Of a stretch of DNA of 63,340 nt, positions 56,372 to 63,340 are shown in pieces (the stretch's first letter is position 1; each line of letters starts with the position of its first letter). The notes below the pieces were generated by a model, which was not told the origin of the DNA, ran no database searches, and was given only the letters and a program-made list of their open reading frames with translations. This DNA is from Nitrosopumilaceae archaeon. Lineage in GTDB: Archaea; Thermoproteota; Nitrososphaeria; Nitrososphaerales; Nitrosopumilaceae. The stretch is from assembly GCA_965200155.1 (NCBI GenBank), contig CBDATR010000031.1, forward strand, positions 1-63,340. Reading direction: 5' to 3'. Made by a program: the position numbers and the translations under genes.

Positions 56372-57917
56372 AGACCGTATGCGCAGAATCACTTCTCCCA
56401 CCCTGCACGTCTAAACCAAGTTGTTAGATACGAACAATTGACCTAGTATCATGGGTTTTCCCACAGACTCGTGTGAAACAGAAAAGTTAAGACCTAATTT
56501 TGTAATACCAGGTATGCTAAAAGCAGAAGAACTCACCAGGGAGCAGTTAGTCACAGAGTACTACCGGCTACGCACCAGGTCCGAGGCCGAAGTAACAAAC
56601 CTGCGTGGCAAAGTTGACAGTTTACGTGGGAAAAATGACAGCCTGCACGCCAAACTTGAAGCTCAAACAAAGAATGCCCTCGTTTCAAATCTCGATGGCA
56701 TCATAGAACGCAAGGATCAGCTTCATTCCCTGACCGGGTGCACCCCGGAAGAGTTCAAATGGATATTAATCAGATTCACAGAATACGTAGAGTCCCTGGA
56801 AGGCGATGATGCACGGCGATTCTTAGAACTTACAAATGATCGCGGGCACGTGAACAAATTTCCGGTCAGGCATGTACTCTTAGTTACACTGATACGCCTG
56901 CGCTGCAATACAAAGCAGGAGCTGCTGGCAGCAATACTCAAGATAAACCAGTCAAACATATGCCGTTACATCCAGTTTACAAAGCAGGGACTGATCAAGA
57001 TACTCCCAACGGCCGATACCGTTGCAAAAGCAATATCGCAAATCAAGTCAGCATCGGACTTTAAGGAAATTGTTCCCGGTCGAGCCGGAGGGGAAATAAA
57101 GACTGACGGGACACATGTACGCGTACAACGTCCTGAAAAAAATCAGGAGGCAATGTACTCTGGTAAACAAAAAACCCACACGTATAACGTACAGATAACA
57201 TCAAACAAGAAAAGACTGATAATTCACGTAAGTGGAGTATATGAGGGAAAAAGACACGATTATGGTATATTCAAGAATGATATTCCCCTCGGTGGCAAAT
57301 GGGGCAAGTCCCTAAAAGAATCAACCACGCCGCCATCCGATAAGATAACAGTAATAGCAGATGCAGGATACCAGGGTATGAAAGACTTCCTACCCGGCGC
57401 AAAGGTCATGATTCCATACAGGGGTAGGGAATCACTCACTAAAACTGAAAGGAAATACAACCAATATGTATCAAAAAGGCGCATATTAATCGAGAATGTA
57501 ATTCGAATGCTAAAGGTATATCGTAGATTAAGTCAGGTATATGATGGTAGTCGTGAGGAATTCCGGGAAGATCTACTCGTAGTATCCGGGTTGCATAATT
57601 TACACATTATGCACAAGCATACCAGGTACAAGAAATTCTTGAAAAATATCTGTCCATAATTTCCGTGATATTATAATTCGAATATTACTCATCAGAAAAT
57701 CCACTAAATTAATGGGTTTTGTGGTAACCATTTAGCTCACTCATGATATACGTCATCAAGATCCGGTCACCCCACTACACGACATTTGTAATCACGGCAT
57801 ACGTTAGTGCTGGCAGGTGCCATTCACATTGTTCATGCTTGACTGATTGTGTGCCATAAAATACACCCCAGTTTGAAGCAACATGGGCTATTCCTGTCAA
57901 TCATGCGCATAAGGTCT
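56372..57917 (+). mobile_element. intact IS5-family (ISL2 group) element, 1546 bp
   Basis: TIRs AGACC(G/T)TATGCGCA; ATT on both flanks. Confidence 0.92.
56514..57659 (+). CDS. IS5/ISL2-group DDE transposase (HTH plus DDE_Tnp_4-like), N-terminal coiled coil
   Basis: TDGT, YSGK, HD, ADAGYQG, RILIEN catalytic motifs; uninterrupted. Confidence 0.9.
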   Translation: MLKAEELTREQLVTEYYRLRTRSEAEVTNLRGKVDSLRGKNDSLHAKLEAQTKNALVSNLDGIIERKDQLHSLTGCTPEEFKWILIRFTEYVESLEGDDARRFLELTNDRGHVNKFPVRHVLLVTLIRLRCNTKQELLAAILKINQSNICRYIQFTKQGLIKILPTADTVAKAISQIKSASDFKEIVPGRAGGEIKTDGTHVRVQRPEKNQEAMYSGKQKTHTYNVQITSNKKRLIIHVSGVYEGKRHDYGIFKNDIPLGGKWGKSLKESTTPPSDKITVIADAGYQGMKDFLPGAKVMIPYRGRESLTKTERKYNQYVSKRRILIENVIRMLKVYRRLSQVYDGSREEFREDLLVVSGLHNLHIMHKHTRYKKFLKNICP

Positions 57918-58229
57918 ATTATGCACAAGCATACCAGGTACAAGAAATTCTTGAAAAATATCTGTCCATAATTTCCGTGATATTATAATTCGAATATTAC
58001 TCATCAGAAAATCCACTAAATTAATGGGTTTTGTGGTAACCATTTAGCTCACTCATGATATACGTCATCAAGATCCGGTCACCCCACTACACGACATTTG
58101 TAATCACGGCATACGTTAGTGCTGGCAGGTGCCATTCACATTGTTCATGCTTGACTGATTGTGTGCCATAAAATACACCCCAGTTTGAAGCAACATGGGC
58201 TATTCCTGTCAATCATGCGCATAAGGTCT
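57918..58229 (+). repeat. 312-bp direct repeat of the IS5 3' end (57606-57917)
   Basis: Matching sequence starting at an internal ATT. Confidence 0.9.
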
Positions 58230-58648
58230 ATTAAATACTCTACAATATATTCCAGTACACCAATCCAAGTATTCAACTGTACACTATTGTTGTCTGGGAA
58301 TATTATCTTAAGTGGCTTAGTATGTTTCTTTACAACAACCTTGTCCAAGCATACAATTTTTTGTTTATCCACTTGCTCTTCTGATGATTGATTCGAATCC
58401 GTAACTTGTGATGAATGCATGTTATTTGACGGTAATTGAATTAATTGTTTGTAGAATTTTGATAACACAGACAATGTATTTCCAACATCACTACTTTTAA
58501 TTTCACATTCACAACTTATAGAGGTCGAATTGGGTGTGAATATTCGCCAGTAATTACCATTGGTGAGTATACCATATTGGAGTTCTTTTTCATCTTTCAT
58601 GTAACCAAGTAATTGCTCACGAGAATCATCCAAACGAGCACCTAATTT
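58230..58648 (-). pseudogene. HsdR-N-like restriction endonuclease fragment
   Basis: QLLGY...YGILTNGNYWRIF motif; truncated by IS66-A and IS5; paralogous fragment at 43899-44019. Confidence 0.6.
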
Positions 58649-60480
58649 GTATGAGTTCACGTGTTTTGATCATTCACTAAGATATAGATTGGTATGACAA
58701 TATTTTGCTTAAATACCAAATTTGCAATAAGAATCTAATGAGAAGACGCCTGTCCTATAAGGAATTAGAACTGAAAAATAAGCTTCTTCAGGATACCCTT
58801 GCGTCTACCAAGAAAGAACTTGCACATTACAAGGCAGGGGCCATGGGCCGCCTTGTCCTACGTCTTGCGGCTACCGAGAAAGATCTTGCACATTACAAGG
58901 AACGTGTGAGAGTATTGGAAGCATATATGTCACACACCATAAAAGAAATACGAAATCATATACAAGATTTCCAAATTATTAGAAATTATGTAAGTGAATT
59001 AAAAGAGGAATTAGTAGAAAAAGACAGGAAAATTGCGGTACTCACAACGCGACTTAAATATTATGAGAATGCTCACTCGCCGTATGAGTTCACGTCTTCC
59101 GGAATCTTGTGCACAAATCACATTAACTGTAGCGATCAGTTGTGCGTAAATTTAGACACAGGTGAACTCATACCACTCGCCACCATCCCTTCAATCCCTC
59201 CAGTACAAGAAGCGAAAACAGGAGGAACAGAAGCGAAAACAGGGAGATAATAAGCAACAGACAGAAGCCAGTACGAAATCAGCCAAAAAGGCTGGCGCGC
59301 AAAAGGGACACAAGGGGGTTTCCCGTTCCCACAACCCCGGCAGAGTAGTGCATCACACCTTTGAGTACACACCAATATGTGAGTGCGGCAATATGATGAC
59401 AAAAATTGGTTGGAAACAACGACACATAACGGAATTAATACCAGCCAAAATAGAGGAGACCCTTCATGTGATAGAAATGGCTGCGTGTGGGTGCGGCAAA
59501 AAACAACTGGCCCCAGCAGCGGGCGTCCCAAAGAGTGGTAGTTTTGGGGTTCAATTATGTGGTGCCATCACCGCATTACGCGCAGAAAAGATTCCAATAA
59601 AACGCATACCTGTAATTTCGAAGGATCTCTTCGGCCTAAATATATCGGTGGGTGCAGTAAACAACATAATTGCCAGGGCCGCCGATGCATGTGAATCATT
59701 TATGGAAACAATTCATGAAAATATAATAAAATCACCCAGCATTCATGTGGACGAAACTGGTATATCACTGGCGGGTAGGCGTGGCTGGGTATGGGGGATG
59801 CGAGCCGAAGAGTGGATGATGTCCATATATGACAAAAGTAGGAGTTCAAATGTAGTGAACAAATACCTGAACGGTTACCAGGGAGCGATAGTAACGGACA
59901 GGTACGTTGTGTATCGCCGGTTTGATGACGGTGGGAAGCACCAGTTGTGTTGGGCGCATTTATTGCGCGATACCCAGGCATTACATGCAGGATTCTATAT
60001 TGATCCCGGTGCTCAGGACGCCCGGATCAAACTTGACAACGACCTGAAAGGATTGTTCCGGAGCGCACGGGAATCCCTGAATCACTGCGGGCCGTCCGCG
60101 CAATTACGACACTCATTTGAGACAGGAGCAGATGCATCAGTACTGTGATGTTGATGATACTGAACTACAAAAGAAGGTAAAAGGATTGAATAAGGCCATA
60201 CCATGCATGTTCGTATTCTTAGAATATGACAGTGTAGAGCCCACCAACAATCCAGCGGAGCAGGCTTTGCGATACGCAGTGGTATTCCGCAAGATTAGTG
60301 GCCAGATAAAGGGTGGCGAAAGGGCAATGCGCCGCATGTCCACATTCGTATCATGTGTTCAGACATGGAGGGCTCAGGGCCTTTCTGTAATGAACGAGGT
60401 TGCTGCCAGAATGCAGTTATAATTAAAAAAACTGGGATGTATTCTATCTTATTATGTGATCAAAACACGTGAACTCATAC
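58649..60480 (+). mobile_element. full-length IS66-A disrupted by MITE-A 59082-59173
   Basis: Both TIRs; MITE TSD CACTCGCC. Confidence 0.92.
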
Positions 60481-61616
60481 GTTATCTTATCGGATGGCGG
60501 CGTGGTTGATTCTTTTAGGGACTTGCCCCATTTGCCACCGAGGGGAATATCATTCTTGAATATGCCATAATCGTGTCTTTTTCCCTCATATACTCCACTG
60601 ATATGAATTATCAGTCTTTTCTTGTTTGATGTTATTTGTACGTTATACGTGTAGGTTTTTTGTTTACCAGAGTACATTGCCTCCTGATTTTTTTCAGGAC
60701 GTTGTACGCGTACATGTGTCCCGTCAGTCTTTATTTCCCCTCCGGCTCGACCGGGAACAATTTCCTTAAAGTCCGATGCTGACTTGATTTGCGATATTGC
60801 TTTTGCAACGGTATCGGCCGTTGGGAGTATCTTGATCAGTCCCTGCTTTGTAAACTGGATGTAACGGTATATGTTTGACTGGTTTATCTTGAGTATTGCT
60901 GCCAGCAGCTCCTGCTTTGTATTGCAGCGCAGGCGTATCAGTGTAACTAAGAGTACATGCCTGACCGGAAATTTGTTGTATGAGTTCACCTGTGTCTAAA
61001 TTTACGCATAACTGCGCGACAGTTAATGTGATTTGTGCACAAGATTCCGGAAGACGTGAACTCATACAATTTGTTCACATGGCCGCGATCATTTGTAAGT
61101 TCTAAGAATCGCCGTGCATCATCGCCTTCCAGGGACTCTACGTATTCTGTGAATCTGATTAGTATCCATTTGAACTCTTCCGGGGTATGAGTTCACCTGT
61201 GTCTAAATTTACGCATAACTGATCGCGACAGTTAATGTGATTTGTGCATAAGATTCCGGAAGACGTGAACTCATACCTTCCGGGGTGCATCCGGTCAGGG
61301 AATGAAGCTGATCCTTGCGTTCTATGATATCATCAAGATTTGAAACGAGGGCATTCTTTGTTTGAGCTTCAAGTTTGGCGTGCAGGTTTGTTACTTTGGT
61401 CTCGGACTCGGTGCGTAGCCGGTTGTATACTGTGACTAACTGCTCCTTGGTGAGTTCTTCCGCTTTTAGCATACCTGGTATTACAAAATTAGGTCTTAAC
61501 TTTTCTGTTTCACATGAGTCTGTGTGGGAAAACCCATGATACTAGGTCGATTGTTCGTATCTAACAACTTGTTTTAGACGTGCAGGGTGGGAGAAGTGAT
61601 TCTGCGCATACGGTCT
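60481..61616 (-). mobile_element. IS5 left part with MITE-A 60978-61067 and 61185-61276
   Basis: Left TIR at 61616; TSDs AATTTGTT and CTTCCGGG. Confidence 0.9.
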
Positions 61617-61689
61617 AATAATTAATTTAACATTTTAGAAAATTCAGATAGATACATATGATTAAAAATACATACAACATACATACGCT

Positions 61690-62346
61690 ATGCAAGCAAT
61701 TATACTAGCAGGAGGCAGAGGATCACGATTACGCCCCATTACGGATTATGTTCCCAAGCCTCTAACTGATTTATCCAACACGCCACTTCTCGAATGGCAA
61801 ATTAGATATCTACAGAAATTTGGTATTACAGACATTGTAGTATGTTCAGGATATAAGACAGAGATGATAGAACATTTTGTTAAATGGCATGGTTGGAATA
61901 ATGTAACAATTTCTAGAGAACACAGTCCATTGGGAACTGGTGGTGCAATAAAAAATGCATCAAGTGTCATATATGGCGAAAAATTCCTAGTGATGAATGG
62001 GGACATAATAACTGACATAGACGTAACAAAAATTCCCACAGACGGTATTGCGGCAGTACCCTTACGTACAAAGTTTGGAATACTCAGTCTGGATGACGAC
62101 TACATATCAAGTTTTAACGAAAAAGTTGCCGTGCAGGACCGATGGATTAATGCGGGAATTTACATACTTAGCCGAGACGCGCTGGATCAGCTTCCAGCCA
62201 TAGGCAATATAGAAGATACGCTATTCCCACAATGGGCACGCTCCCGTAGGTTAAAGGCAGCAAAATTTGTAAATGCCCAGTGGTATTCCATTGACTCTTT
62301 TAAGGACATAACCGACTGCTCCGCAGTTATATCAAGTATCGTTTAG
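61690..62346 (+). CDS. sugar-phosphate nucleotidyltransferase (NTP_transferase)
   Basis: ILAGGRGSRLRPIT..VPKPL, LGTGG, NGD, INAGIY. Confidence 0.92.
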   Translation: MQAIILAGGRGSRLRPITDYVPKPLTDLSNTPLLEWQIRYLQKFGITDIVVCSGYKTEMIEHFVKWHGWNNVTISREHSPLGTGGAIKNASSVIYGEKFLVMNGDIITDIDVTKIPTDGIAAVPLRTKFGILSLDDDYISSFNEKVAVQDRWINAGIYILSRDALDQLPAIGNIEDTLFPQWARSRRLKAAKFVNAQWYSIDSFKDITDCSAVISSIV

Positions 62347-62377
62347 ATGCACATTACATACACATCTACTTTAGAAG

Positions 62378-63268
62378 GTAACCGTTTGTATGAGTTCACG
62401 TCTTCCGGAATCTTGTGCACAAATCACATTAACTGTCGCGATCAGTTGTGCGTAAATTTAGACACAGGTGAACTCATACAACCGTTTAGGTCGCGTTAAA
62501 GATCAACGCCTAGATGGTAAATTCATAGGCATGTGTGAGGCAACATGATAGAAAAGGCAAGAATGGGCATGTTAGCGGTGTGTTTTGAACAGTTGCCCAG
62601 GGGTGACCTAAACGGTTGTATGAGTTCACGTCTTCCGGAATCTTGTGCACAAATCACATTAACTGTCGCGATCAGTTGTGCGTAAATTTAGACACAGGTG
62701 AACTCATACAACCGTTTAGGTCGCGTTAAAGATCAACGCCTAGATGGTAAATTCATAGGCATGTGTGAGGCAACATGATAGAAAAGGCAAGAATGGGCAT
62801 GTTAGCGGTGTGTTTTGAACAGTTGCCCAGGGGTGACCTAAACGGTTGTATGAGTTCACGTCTTCCGGAATCTTGTGCACAAATCACATTAACTGTCGCG
62901 ATCAGTTGTGCGTAAATTTAGACACAGGTGAACTCATACAACCGTTTAGGTCGCGTTAAAGATCAACGCCTAGATGGTAAATTCATAGGCATGTGTGAGG
63001 CAACATGATAGAAAAGGCAAGAATGGGCATGTTAGCGGTGTGTTTTGAACAGTTACCCAGGGGTGACCTAAACGGTTGTATGAGTTCACGTCTTCCGGAA
63101 TCTTGTGCATAAATCACATTAACTGTCGCGATCAGTTGTGCATAAATTTAGACACAGGTGAACTCATACAACACAGATGCTGCCCATACCGTGGGTAAGG
63201 TAGACGGCTATCACAAGAACAATCGAAGCAACGCACTTTTCTTAGCTTGGGGCAACCTAAACGGTTAC
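62378..63268 (+). repeat. tandem array: four MITE-A (62388, 62618, 62848, 63078) alternating with three 138-bp MITE-B cores; 230-bp period; family-B right TIR at 63268
   Basis: Near-identical units; first TSD AACCGTTT lies inside the B TIR. Confidence 0.93.
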
Positions 63269-63340
63269 GATCCTCAAAGTACGTCTCCATATTGTGCAGA
63301 CTGCGATAGAATTATGGCACATCAAGTGACATGAAGAAAA

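Noticed and set aside
62378-63268. CRISPR array
   Set aside because: The repeat is 92 bp with TIRs and TSDs, the spacers are near-identical MITE-B cores, and no cas genes are present
1-63340. Diversity-generating retroelement, retron, provirus, rRNA or tRNA
   Set aside because: No reverse transcriptase, viral hallmark or structural RNA recognised; near-identical repeats are explained by IS copies

Overview
The window looks like a thaumarchaeal (Nitrosopumilaceae-like) chromosome segment. This is inferred from aRF1, PurP, a split MetH, DUF6659-type proteins and a thiolase/DUF35 pair; the very heavy transposon load would fit a host-associated lineage. About 35 intact housekeeping genes sit in blocks separated by dense, nested transposon piles. 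The mobilome comprises: (1) a ~1.7 kb IS66/ISBst12-type element (TIR GTATGAGTTCAC) and its 92-bp MITE (MITE-A; 38 copies counted by eye, 8-bp TSDs); (2) a second IS66-like family (TIR GTAACCGTTTAGGTC) with a ~140-bp MITE (MITE-B); (3) a 1.55 kb IS5/ISL2-group element with one intact copy; (4) IS481, IS630 and IS903-like remnants; (5) a TnpB pseudogene. The most unusual signals are MITE-A repeatedly inserting into the termini of other transposons, a composite unit bounded by an IS66 left end and a MITE right end with a shared TSD, and a 230-bp MITE-A/MITE-B tandem array at the window end. Also notable are a frameshift shared by all six IS66 copies spanning it and IS5 ends joined at an internal pseudo-TIR. 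No CRISPR array, cas gene, rRNA, tRNA or reverse transcriptase was recognised. All calls are by eye without database searches, and some repeat-bounded junctions could be assembly artefacts.
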